From the human T2T-CHM13v2.0 reference genome, Homo sapiens, in NCBI RefSeq assembly GCF_009914755.1, contig NC_060936.1: DNA of 64,000 nt. The stretch is one strand, 5' to 3'. A model generated the notes under the pieces. The model was not told the DNA's origin, searched no databases, and worked only from the letters and a program-made list of their open reading frames with translations. Numbering within the stretch: the stretch's first letter is position 1; the number at the start of each line of letters is the position of its first letter. Of the stretch, positions 1 to 14,793 are shown one piece after another. The translations under genes were made by a program, and so were the position numbers.

Positions 1-161
1 CCCACTGTGTAACACATGGGGATTGAGCTTTCTGTAACAATAATTATAAGTTAAATTTACCAATTATTATTTATTGAGTCCATGTTTGCACATTGTTTTA
101 AAACAACCCTATGGAGCAGGTACTATTATTTTCATATTTTACATTTTCACGTTTTATTGAG

Positions 162-539
162 TGTATTAGTCTATTCTCATACCACTATAAAGAACTACCT
201 GAGACTGGGTGATTTATGAAGAAAAGAGGTTTGATTGACCCACGGTTCCGCAGGCTGTACAGGAAGCACGGCTGGGAGGCTTTGGGAAACTTAACAATCG
301 TGGCAAAAAGGTGAAGTGGAAGGAAACACGTCTTCACATGGTGGCAGGAGAGAGAGAGTGAAGGGGGAATTGATACAAACTTTTAAGCAGATCTCATGGG
401 AACTTACTCACTATCGCAAGAACAGCAATGGGGAAATCTGACCCCATGATCCCATCACCTCTCACCAGGTCCCTCCCCCAACATTAGGAATTACAATTTG
501 ACATAGATTTGAGTGGAAACACAGAGCCAAACCATATTA
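162..539 (-). mobile_element. MaLR solo LTR, MSTA-like
   Basis: Runs tgtattagtc...ccaaaccatatta, the reverse complement of the MST/THE1 LTR; internal 'ataaagaactacctgagactggg...caggctgtacaggaagc' is typical of MSTA. Confidence 0.85.
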
Positions 540-1409
540 TTGAGATATACAGAAACATAGTATATTCAAACTGTATGTAGAGTACTTAAAATACTCTCCA
601 TACACTGGGTGAAGAGTAATTTTATATGGACTAAAAATTATTAAATTTTGTGTCTATGCTCCCATTTAATATTTATAAAACTTCTAAGAAGGATACTATT
701 ATTTCTATTCTAGAAGTAATTGAGACTCAGAGATATTATATTAAGTAAATTAGTAAAGGTCACATAACTAAAATGTAATAGATTCTAGAAACAACTCAGT
801 TTTCTGACTGCATGTCAACATACATTTTAAAAGTTATGTGACATATTAAATATAATGTTTGTAAAACTATACTTCACGTTTATGCTAACGGGCACATGAA
901 CATTTATAGTGACTTAAAAATATACAACTTTCCATATTGACTTCTACGTAGAACATTTAAGTCAAAGAGTAAACATTTTATAATAAATAAAACCAGTTTA
1001 TGTCATGTAAAAAGATTTCTTTTTTAGTATCATTCACTCATGGGTAAAATGAGCAAAGATCCACCCTATAACTTTACTCAAATCACTTGGAAAAGGTTTT
1101 TTTTTTATTATTGTCACATGGATGTAAGTTTAAGTTATAGGTGAACTAACAATGATAAAGTGATTAAATCAACATAAAAGCACTGTGCCGTTGACCTCAG
1201 CATTGCAACTAAAACATATGATTAGTTTCAAAATAAATGAGTCTTTATTACTAGCACCATTATACCCAGTGAAGTTCACACAACTTTATCATTAATGTAT
1301 ATATAATTTTTTGTTGCAAATTAATAAAGAGGGTATCTATTAATATTGATAATGTATTACAATAAAAATATATTTATCTTGAATATATTATTTTTTCCGT
1401 TAACATACA

Positions 1410-2106
<697 letters not shown>

Positions 2107-5100
2107 CAGAAAAATTATTTTCATGTTCACATATTTGCCATTGCTTAAGACATTTATGTTAACAAATCTAAAACTTAACTGTTTCAACTCTGTGTAGCCC
2201 ACAACCAAAAAAAGATGAATACAATTGGAACTAATTGTATAACTATCTCAGAAACTTTGGTACGTGAAGACTGGAATCCAGAAGAGAGATTTACACTAAT
2301 CATCTCCATACAAATGGCAATCAAAGCCATTGATCTGAATAATATTAATAATATTAATAGTAGATGTTCCATGAATGTGTTACAGCTAAATCTTATAATA
2401 TTTCCCAGATACTCAATATGTGTGTCGTAATATGCTTAAGCTATTCCCTTCAAATGTTATTGACTTCTTTATAGCAAAATTGATGTCAAGAGGTTAGTAA
2501 TTTGGAGACAGATCAAGATGAAGAAACAAATAGCAGAAAGGTTGTTTTTCAGAACTAACACAGGGTCCAAATGAAGGAGTCAAGACTAGAAGTATGTAAC
2601 AAAGGAGAGAATATTAAATAATGAGTCGTTTATGTATTAAAACAAACTGAACTAGAAGTTTTACTACAAGGATGAATTCCTTTCTGTACACTGGAAGCTA
2701 GAGTGATACTCATAGGAGACCATAGTTTTCTGTTTACAGAGGCTGAACAGGCATGAACTTAACTATGTGAAGATCGAACAGAGATGGCAATAATGAAAGA
2801 TTTTTAATGTAATAATGATTAATACTAAAATCTAGAAAGGTAGTTTTTGAGGTTAAACTGGACAAGGTAATCATATTTAACAGAGAAAACTTGGTGAGAA
2901 ATGAAATATAGTCTGAAGAGTAAGTGGTTCTTGGGTTTATAGTAATAATTTATTAATTTTATTTGAACATTTGGGAAGTAGCTTTAAAAATTCCTTTTTG
3001 TATTTCCAGAAATGTATATCTGAACTCCTGACTTACCACAGAATTTGGGCCCCTCTGACATTGTAGCATGCCCTGTGGTACTTGGCTATTGGGATATTTA
3101 ATCCTTGACTACCTTATCTGCTCTCTTTTCTTCTCCCGGCAACCATGTGGAACCAGTTTGTGAGCAAAGAGTGGCTTAAGATGTAGTAAAATTGACATGA
3201 AACATGTATTTACTTGCTTCATGAAGTTTTTTTTTTTTAATCAGTTAAAGGGGTGTCTATAGAAAAAGTTAAGAGCTTAGGGCATTACTGTTATCAGAAA
3301 AAATTTGGAGTTAACATTAACAGAAATATTCAGTATTAGGAATGTTAGCTGTTGAAGTACGGAAATGAGTTCCTACATATTATGGGAAAAAATTTAGAAA
3401 CTTTACATGGCATAAACCCAAAGGAAAGTAAAATTTGATTTAATATTCATTAATTTGCTCAATCATTAAATAAATGTTGCATGAATGCCTACCATATAGA
3501 AGTCTTATGCTGGACCTTGTGGGTAGAATAACAATGAGTAAAACATATCTCTCACCAGAGGGACCTCAGTGTTATGGTCTAGTGAACAATAATAATAAAA
3601 AAAACTAAGTACATGAAGAAAGGGATTTGTGTGATCAATGTGTTGGGAATTGAAGGCTGGTAGGCCATCTAACCACAATGGTTGAATTATTGATTTTTAT
3701 CTTATCTTACTCCAGAAAGAATGTTTTAGAAATGAGATAGACAAAATGAAACAAACATGAAATCTGGGGTGTTAGGAACAAAAAACCAACCCTTATAAAG
3801 GTGGAAATACTTATGCACCTCCCCTTCTGAAAGATAAACTACAACCCAACCAAGTTTGAAGTAGGAACAGTAAGAAAGAAAAAATGAGTAGAATGTTGAT
3901 TTCTTTCAGACAGAAAAAAGTAACCAATTGTATATATTTCAAATATTGTTAAAGTTACTCAGTAAGGCTTTGAAAAATTAAATATCATCTCTCAGTGTGA
4001 GATGATATCCATAAATGTGCTTTAAACTCTTCAAAAGGCAGTATGTGGCACTCACTGTTTGCTATTTTTTATCTCTTTATACATTTTTATTTTGCTGTAT
4101 TGTCATGTCTCCATGACATTAAAAATGGATAATGAAAAGAGATGAAAAGCTTAAATCACTGTTATTTTCTTACAGCTTCAGGAGAGATTTGATGAAAAAA
4201 ATTATATTTTGGCATCATCTTGACTCTTGAACTTACTCCCAGATCAGCTACAAATTTGTCCTATGGCCTGAGGCACTGAAAACACGACAGAGCTCTGCAA
4301 TAATTTCCAGTCAGACCAGACAACCTAGTTATTCCCTTTTCCCAGGTGTCCCGGTGACCTATATTATTGTCAACAACAAGGCATTACTTCAGCTTCAAGT
4401 CTTGCAAAATCTACTGGATTGGAAGACCAGATATTCATTTCACCATTTAGCTGAAAATGCACAGTACATTTTAGAATGATGGGGTTTGTTTAGCTCATCT
4501 ATCCGTCCATCCTTACTTTTATTCTATTGGGTTCTTAATTCAAAAGAAAGACTGCCACCTACTGGATGTGTGATACGAAGAAGATATTAGCATTAAAATA
4601 TACTCTCTCATTAAAGGTTGATTCAAAATAATTGCAGAAGAAAATATTCAAAAGAATGTCCAATTTTTACAGATAAGTATTGAACATATTTCCTTAAATG
4701 ATTTTATTATCAGCAAATACTGAATAAAAATTATTTAACAATGTCCATCTAATTATTTAGAAATAAAATTCCTTCTTCCTGTTCTTATTTTAATACATTA
4801 AAAATTAATTTACCTTTTTTCCAGTAATAGGGAATAATTAAGTATTCTCTTATGTTGTCTGTATAAAAATAGAATAATGATCTTGACAATTTAATACTAT
4901 TTTGTGATACAAAAACTCAGGTTATAGAAATACTAACAACTTTTATAACCTAGATTCTAGTAATTAAAAGCAGTCAAATTTGAAAAGGAGAAAGGTGCTC
5001 TCGTGGTTCAAATAGAACCAATGATTTTTATCAACCTAAAGTTAGCATTTAAAGTCTAAATGGTTGGTTCTCTAACTTGCTATATTATATTTCTTATGTC

Positions 5101-5219
5101 TCTATTATTATTTATTCTGTAGAGTACTAGTTAGCCTTAAGAAATAATTAGCCCCTTTGCCTTCAGATGCCCTAATATTTACGTCTATGGGGGTCTACAC
5201 CCAAAGAACCCCATTTTAT

Positions 5220-5340
5220 CTGTTTGACTAGCCACATTTCAAGTGCTCAGTAGCCACATATGTTAATGGATACTGTATTGGACAGCTGGATTTATAGAAC
5301 ATTTCCATCATTGCAGAAAATTCAGAGGGACAGTGCTGAT
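5220..5340. mobile_element. MER3-like hAT DNA transposon fragment
   Basis: 'tagccacatttcaagtgctcagtagccaca...tagaacatttccatcattgcagaaa...ggacagtgctg'. Confidence 0.7.
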
Positions 5341-5544
5341 AGACATAAATACTGCAATATTCACTCCATTTCCCTTGTATTACTCTTAAAAATGTGCCAT
5401 AATGTTATCTTTAAGAGTCAGTACTCTAGATTCCGTCTGGATTTTTATCTCAGTGTGGCCACTTACTGGATGATTTTCAGTACAATCAAGAAAATAACTG
5501 GGGAGGAAAGCATGAGAGTAGTTGTAGTATTGAGGGGTAAATCA

Positions 5545-6060
5545 ACAATTAGTAAGCAAATATATATAGAACACCTACTAATCATTGGCATGACTGGAGC
5601 AGAGTCCCTATTCTAAACAGTTTATGCTCTAGCCAGGAAAAAGAGAAAATAAGCATGTAACCAAGTAAAAAGAACAGTTTTAGGTGCTGTGCAATGATAC
5701 AGATAAAATGATAATATTATAGAGACAAGAGGGCTGCTTTGTAGGTAGATTTATTAGCAAATGCTCTCTGAGTTATCAGTTGATTGATAAGAAAATGATA
5801 GAGGGTAAAAATCTTGGGGAGGAGTGTGTGAAGCAAATAAAGCAATAAGTATAAAAGCCCAACAGAGAAAAAACTTGACATGTTTAAGGTACAAAGTCCA
5901 AAGTGGCTAGAGATTAGTGAAAGGGATAAGAATAAGAGAGAGATAAAATCAGGGAAGTCAGCCTAGTAGTTTGTATTTTCTTTTGGTTGCAGTGAAAAGC
6001 TCTTGAAGAATTTTAAACAAAATAGTACTATGATCTAAAATATACTTTTAACAGTCACGA
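5545..6060 (-). mobile_element. L2 LINE fragment (degenerate)
   Basis: Purine-rich, degenerate L2 3'-end-like sequence; boundaries approximate. Confidence 0.5.
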
Positions 6061-8574
6061 ATAAAATGAATCATGATTCATGCATCTATTAATCAGGACA
6101 AACTGAATAGAAGTGACCCTTCATCTGCATTTTGAAAGCATTGCTGCTGCTTCATCATCATCCTTTATTTTGCACATTTCCAGGGTATGAGAAAGGAAGT
6201 TCTCCCTTATCGTTTTCAGTAATAAACTTTTTTTCCCAGGCCACTTAATGAACTTTCTGGGCAGGGATCTTGGTGTGAGGAGAGATTAGCGTGGAGGCTG
6301 GGGTGGTGAATTAAGGGTGGATAAGCAGACTGCATTTACAACTAAAGTGGATGTTAGATTTACTGGGAAGAAGTCATGAAAGTCAATTTGGATAAGTTGG
6401 AAATAGAAGAAAAAAAATACTGCATGTAAATTTTCTGCAAATAAATGAAATGCACTCAATTGATTTCTGATTCTATTGTACAAGTAATGTAAAAACTAAG
6501 GGTTTGATATTCTGTTTTAATAATATCAATTACGTATACCTGCATATGACTTTTGAAGCCCCAATAATGCAGCTGTAATGGGGACAATGCAAGCTCAAAT
6601 CACTGGAGGATAATATTTTAACCCTGTTTGCATTGTTTAGTGAGACAATGAATTCAGTTGATTTCATTGTGACGTATCTTGTAAATCATTGAATTATTAT
6701 CTTTAACAGGGTCAATGTATGGCTCCCATCTCCATTTTACAGCATCACTGCCCTAGATAACACCTGGGGAATATGGACTAATAATCTCCACATTATTGGC
6801 TCATAAGTAGAGTGACCCTGTTATATATGAGGCATTTAAAAGGAAGATGCACTTATGTGCAAGGAAAAAAAGAAAAATAAATTCTTAGCTTTTAGGTAGA
6901 AAACAGAATTACATTTTTTCTCTTTCCTCCTTTGTTCAGTGAGAACATGAATATGACAGCAAATGAAAATTTGTGTTTATGGACACACTTATTCAATTTT
7001 GCTAATTTCCCTAATCTTAAGTGATTTTATGAGTTTTAATTTTAGTGCAACAGTGAAAAAAATTATAATTGCTGTTCTTCTCTATGCTTTACTTAGAATC
7101 TCCCAGTGTATATTTCTTAGAGGATGGGACTGACACCAGGTTACAGTTCCTATAATGTCATTCTAGTAGCCCGAAAAAAATGAGATACTCTAGTGCCTTA
7201 GTGATTAGTGCCCACTTGGTTGAGTGATTTAAATTATTTCTACCTAGCTCAGTATATTTTGAAAGGATTTGACACTGATAATAGCTGCGCTGGTTATGGG
7301 TATGAGACAATTCTCCGTTTCAGGGGCTAATTGATGTATCAAGAGAATGCAGCTGTCATAATTAAGAAGAAAAGACATTTAAGCCACCAGACACAAGATA
7401 CTGCTGTAATAAATCGAACCTACAAAATCTGAAGTGAGTAGCCCAGTTACGCACACGCAATCTGGTTTCATTGATATCTTTTCCTTGTTAGAGTGTGAAT
7501 CTAACTTCTAGCTTCAGGCACCAGGCCCAGGAAGCATCATTACTCAGTTGCCAAATGACCTAGATTTAAGATTCCTATCCATCCATAGGTTTGTGAGCTT
7601 TATCAAAAAATTGTGAACAGGTAAGGAAACACTTTTGCCTTTTCCTTTGACTAAATTAATTCCACCTAAATGACAAGTGTCTTGATTCTGAATCGCACTT
7701 GTCATTGAGCTGTTCATTTAATTAAATTCATGTGAATGTTCTGCCTAGTCCCTAAAATAATTTTAATTTCTGTACCAGTGCTAGTATCAGAGAAAAACAA
7801 TTGAATGTAAAGTAAACACAGATCTGGATTAGTAGGGTAGTTTTCCAATTTTCACTAGATGAACCGATCTTGGTAACTTAGTGCTGTGAATTCTTACTTG
7901 TCTGTGCTAATTGGATCTAGAAGGGAAAGAAAAGTTTCCTGCCCTCTTGTTCCTCCTGGATTTAAAAACACTGAACAGATGCAGTGATATAAACCTGCAT
8001 TCGAGTCCCTTATACTTTCCTTTACAGACACAATTGTGAATTGTGTTCTTCCTGCATTTGTAATTAGAGGGTGAAACAGATGGCAAAGGCTCAGTGTAAA
8101 GAGATGTCCATTAAAATAACTTATGCTGCCAAGTGATTGTTCATTCCAAGAGGGGGATTCAATTCAATTTCCTCCATGCAAAATAAAGCAGCAGCACGTA
8201 CATGCTTTGAAGAAATGTCATTATGTAAGGCAATGAACACACTAGCTGGACAATACACTGAAAATACTAAAACTAAAAAGGCATAAATGACTTCATCTTT
8301 TTTTATAAATGAAGTTTACTGAAGGTGGAAGTTGAGGGAAGTTGAGGTTTAAATGGAAGTCCTTCAAAGTACAATTTAATATATTAACAATACCTGCTGT
8401 AAATCTGCTGTGGGTATACAGAAATGTAGAGTAATGTGTTTCTCTCCAAATGTTTAGCTGGACTTCTGGAAGCAAATGTAGAATCACTAGTAATGATGTG
8501 AGATATATCCCTCTACGTGTTAAACATTTATTTAGGAAGGCAACATAATGAAGACATTTTAACTATTATGTAAG

Positions 8575-8710
8575 ACAACACAACATAGTGGTTAAGAGTG
8601 AGGATTCTGGAGTCATCCCATCTGGGTTTGAATGGCACCAACCATTTACCTGCTAAGTTACCTTCAGGAAATTATTTAACAATTCTGTGCTTCAGGTTTT
8701 TCCTATATTT
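8575..8710 (+). mobile_element. MIR fragment
   Basis: 'catagtggttaagag...ctgggtttgaat...ttaac...tctgtgcttcag' matches the MIR core. Confidence 0.7.
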
Positions 8711-9832
8711 AGTTGGAATGACTAAATATATCAATCTCAATGATTTTATAATTATCAACAGATGTAATTGATATTTTATTATTAAATAAATAAAAAGCAC
8801 CTTTACTAGAATTTTATTTTATATCATACCAATATTAAGTACTAACTTCATCGTTTTTAAACATAAATCATTTTAAACATAAAGAACTTTAACAAATAAT
8901 TTCCAGAAAGAAGCAACTGCTATTTTTCTGCTGTAAATAGGTAGGTGAACACCCTGGAAAATCAAGGTGGATCTACATATAACCACAAATTTCAAGTTTA
9001 AAGCTCGGAAAATTTTCTTGTCGGATGCCTGTGTTTTTGACAGCTTTCCTGTGTACTCAGAGCTGAAGAATATAAAACTGTTATCGAGATGAAAATTACA
9101 GAGAAATAATCCTTCAGAATGAAAATGATGTAATATTATTTTGGTAACTTAGTATCTGAGAATCCTCAGTGTAGGTGACATAAACATGTATGTGTTCTTA
9201 TCAACCAAAAATTTTTAAAAGTATTTTAAGCTTTTACTATACACCTTGTACTATTCTGGCCACTGCATTTTGAGAGCCACTCAAATTCTGCTTGCAGGGA
9301 GCTTATGTTTTAACAGGAAGAACACCTCTGCCTTTTATTCTTCAGTACCTCTCAAATAAACATGAAGGGAAAAGAAAGATCCACAGGTCTAAAGCCATCT
9401 GCAAAGTTGGTAGAAGCTGCAAAACCTAGGAGTTTATTTAGTCTGTAGAATTGCAACCAGAATTTAAATGTTGCATCAAACTTTGTATCTAACCTTGGTC
9501 AAGTTGCTTAACCTCACCTTCATTTTAAAAGTCAAATTGTGGCTCTGTATCTTAGAGAGTTATGAGGAATAATTCAGTCAGTCTCAGGCAGTTTCTGGAT
9601 CATATCTGGTATTCAATGAACACATGCTCCTTTTCTTCCTTTTCTTTTAGATACCACCCCAAAATTACTTCAATGCACTCTGTTTAAGATATTAATAACC
9701 TTTGAAACCTAATGTTAATGCAATGCAATTCTTTCTGCTAATATTTGATAATAGTCCAAATTTCACAGATTTGTGTCTAGACCTGAGGGCATTAACTCAT
9801 ATCAAACATCATATTTAATGTCAAAATAGGAA

Positions 9833-10040
9833 TAATAATAGTTAACATTTACATAGCACATGTGCCAGGCACTGTTACAAGCAGTATTCATATATTCACT
9901 CACTTAATCCTCACAACAACCCTATAAAATAGGCATTATTATTCTTGAGGCACAAGGAGCTTAAAACTTGCTCAAGGTCTCGCAGCTAGTAATTGGTGAA
10001 GTTGGGATTTAAAGTTAGTGTTTGGCACTAGCATCAGCAA
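9833..10040 (-). mobile_element. MIR
   Basis: 'aataatagttaacattta...tgtgccaggcactg...ttaatcctcacaacaaccct...tgaggcaca...cttgctcaaggtc'. Confidence 0.8.
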
Positions 10041-10079
10041 TGTACTCAAATACTGCATATACCACATCTCAAAGCTACA

Positions 10080-12100
10080 AGGACCTTATAAATTCAGGTA
10101 CAAGAAAAGCACTCTATCTTATGGTATTTTACTTGAGGCCCTAGACCTGCAATAGGAACAATAAAAAATGAAATATAAATATTGGAGAGAAAAATATGAA
10201 GGCATCTTTCTATGTGAACAATATTATCCTTTACCTAGAAAAACCCAACAGAATCAACAAAATATAACTGAAGCAATAGTAAAATAGATCAGTAAAGTGA
10301 TGTTATGTAAAATTAAAGTATAAAATCATTATTTTTACAAATAGCAAACATTCAAATAAGAATATAAATCATAAAATTGTAAGAATAAACCTTGTGCTCT
10401 GGCTTAATGCTGGAAACATAAAACTTTAAAGCTAGAGGAACTAAAAGAAGATTTTCATAAATGAAGAAATATAATGTGTTCATGAATGTAACATCTTAGT
10501 ATTCTAAAATTTTAATTTTCAAAATAATCTTTAATGTTACTATAATAGCTGTGGAATTTCCATCAATATTTTTCATGGAACCTGAAAGTCAACTCTAAAG
10601 TTCATATGAAGAAGAAAATAACAGAATAGTAAAAATAGTTTTGATGAAGAATAACAGATGTCATATTAAATATTAAAACATAGTTGAAAAATATAATAGA
10701 TAATAAGTTGAGATATTTAATGGAACACAACTGATCCAGAAATTGACATATAGAAAGCTAAATACCAAAAAATCTTTTTCAGATCAATTAATAAAAGATA
10801 GACTACTTAATAAATGGAGTTGAGATAATTTTCTATCCATTTGGAAAAAAATACTTGGAATCCTACATTTGAAGAGTCTCAAAAATGTGTTCCAGATTCA
10901 CCTAATATATATATGTAAAAATAAAAACTATTTGCTATTTGCAAAAAAAAAAAAAAAAGAAAAAACATAAAAATAAGAAAAATGGGAAACTGTGTCCGTG
11001 ACCTTAGAGCAGGAAAGAAATTCTTTCAAAAAGATAAGGGGAAATATATGAATAAAAATTGATAAATTTGATCATGGTAAAATATTTCCAAAGACAAACT
11101 ATACCACAAAGTTAGAGAATAAGTGGCAAGCTGGTAGAAAGCATTACAGCATACAACACAAAATGAAGTTCAACAAATATCTAAAAAATAAGGAAAGCAT
11201 ATGAACAGTCAAAAGTCGTATGAGAAGAGTAAATCAATACACACATGAAAAGATAACTTTTAATTACTTGCAATGGGGAAAATGAAAATTAAAATAATGA
11301 GATACCATTTTCACTTATCAGACTGTCATCAAATTTAGTCTTTAAGTACAAAGTGTTAACTACTGTGTGGAGAAACAAGTACTCTCTATGTTACTGGTGG
11401 TTGACTAAAGGTATAGCAATTTTTTTTTTTGAGACAGGATCTCACTCTGTCAACCAGGCTGGAGTGCAGTCGTGCAATCACAGCTCACAGCAGCCTCAGC
11501 TTCTGGGCTCAAGCAATCCTTCCACCTCAACCTCTCAAGTACCTGGGACTCTAGGCATGCACCACCACACCCAGCTAATTTTTATATTTTTTGTAGAGAC
11601 AGAGTTTTACCATATTGCTCAGACTGGTCTCAGCCTCAACTTCTGAGCTTAAGCAATCCTCCAACCTTGGCCTCTCAAAATGCTGGGATTATAGGCATGA
11701 GTCACCATGTCCAGCCAAGGTATAGCAATTTTGCGGAGTAATTGGATAGTTTCTGTGAAAAAAAATTTAAACATCTATAATTTCCAATAATTATTTTAAA
11801 GTATCTACTCTGGAGAAATTCCTACACATATACAATATATCTCATCCAAGAATGTTCTCTGTATTATTTGAAATACAAAAACAAAAGAGAAATGGAAACA
11901 ACATAGATAAATATAAAAAGAAAGCTGTTAAATAAATAAATTATGGTACATACATACCATAGAATACTTTGGGTCAGTTAAAAAAAAAGATGGAATTTAT
12001 GGACTTCTATGGGAAGATTTACAACACAATGCTTTTGGGTGAATCAGTGTGGTATAATTAATGTATATTACCTATAAAATCTCTACATATATATATACTA
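10080..12100 (+). mobile_element. Ancient L1 (L1M/L1ME-like) ORF2-3'UTR remnant interrupted by an AluJ
   Basis: A-rich degenerate L1 ORF2 3' motifs such as 'aaaattaaaataatgagataccattttcac' and 'aaattatggtacatacataccatagaatact'. Confidence 0.75.
11420..11717 (-). mobile_element. AluJ
   Basis: Antisense Alu with J-type 'gggctcaagcaatcct'; TSD aaggtatagcaattt. Confidence 0.9.
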
Positions 12101-13349
12101 CTTGTACAGTTTTATAAGACTGGAAACTCTTTTTACAAGTTCAAGTTGTTGACAACAGAGTGGCATCATTCTGGCTGCCAGTGATTAGGTAGAATCTCTG
12201 AAAGAAAAGACTCCTAAATTAGAACTTGATGTGGGACTAAGGGAGCAATCATGGGATAGGGAAATACAGGCCGAGTTCTTATTTCAAGATTGGTTAGCAT
12301 CTTGACAGTGCACATTTCATCTAGAGTAACTAAAGTGAACATTAGAGATGACGAAAATTGACGATATTGTATTTTATTCACTTCATATTGAATTGCCATT
12401 AATGTGCAGTCATTTTCAGCCCTTCAGTATGTTTTGAATTAGTAATTTGGGAACAACCTAGAACGTAATGATTGTGCATGTTAAAATAGCAATAGATATG
12501 TTGTAGCTTCACCAAATAGATTCTTATTGGTAACATTTATGATATTTTTTCTTGAGCTCTTCATTTTGGTTCTAAATCTAGTTTAGCATATTTGTTATTG
12601 CCTCAGTTTGATATTGAAATAGCTGTAAAAATAAGAATGTCATGGTTCTTACCATAACAAATATTAAGGTAGTGTTGTGAGGCACTTAGTCATCAATCCT
12701 GTAGCCTCTGTTATTCTTTCAAATATTTCCCAAAATACTGAGGTTTAATAATAGTTTTAAAAATTATCATATGAACACAAACTTTTTAAAAAGACATTTC
12801 TAATTCATTGTAAAATTCTGTGGTGAAAGTTATCTCGTCAATTTGGACTTTTTAAGGCTGTGGTAAAATTATTTAAATGGGGAAATAATTTTTGCTTTTC
12901 ATAGAGATTACTATCGGGAATTTTAGTCTGTACTAAAATATTATCAAAATGGAATGAAATAGACATTATGTCTCATTTTGAAAAAGGAGACAACCTTCCT
13001 CGACAGTGTTCTGGCTTCTTAGAATCACCTCAACATTAAATTGCGTTCTAATGTTAGATTAGCTCTGAGAATCAACATTAAATGGTACAGCTGCTGCAAG
13101 TGCAGTATGGCTCTGAGGCTGCAGGATTTGACCAGCAGAGGGATATCTAAGAAGCATGAGAAGCATTAGCAAATACACAGAAGCACCTCTGAGACTTTAA
13201 AATTTTTTCTTTATTAAAAAAAAAATTATCCAAACCTTTCTTAGAAGAGCGTGCCGGTGAACTGACTAATAGCATGAACTTTCCAACCAGACACATGTCA
13301 GTTGAATTGACTCCATCATTACTAGCTGTGTGATCACAAACATTTTTCT

Positions 13350-14352
<1,003 letters not shown>

Positions 14353-14793
14353 ATGATAATTAAATGAGATAATGCCTATAAAGTACTTAGGACCCGGTAC
14401 ATCACAGATGCACAAACTATTAGATTTCATCAATCTAAGATGCCATCATTGTAAAATGGACCATTATTTTATGTACCATATGTAAAAAGACTATAAATTT
14501 CAAAAATGTTAACGTGAAAAATATGTAATAGAATAGATAAAATATAGTGATGACCTCATTTATCAGACTGTTGTTCCATCCAAACAAATGTAGCCATTTC
14601 AAGGACTACTTGACGTTTAAATTGAGTATTTAACAAGAATTTATTTTCTTAAATACTACTTTTATATGGAAATATACAAAAATACAGACACATGTACCTT
14701 TCTTTCAAAAGAATTTGTAATGTATTTGGAAAGGACAAATGTTAATTAGTCATAAGGAAGTTCAGGCTTCTTATGAAGAAATTCCTTCAATCC

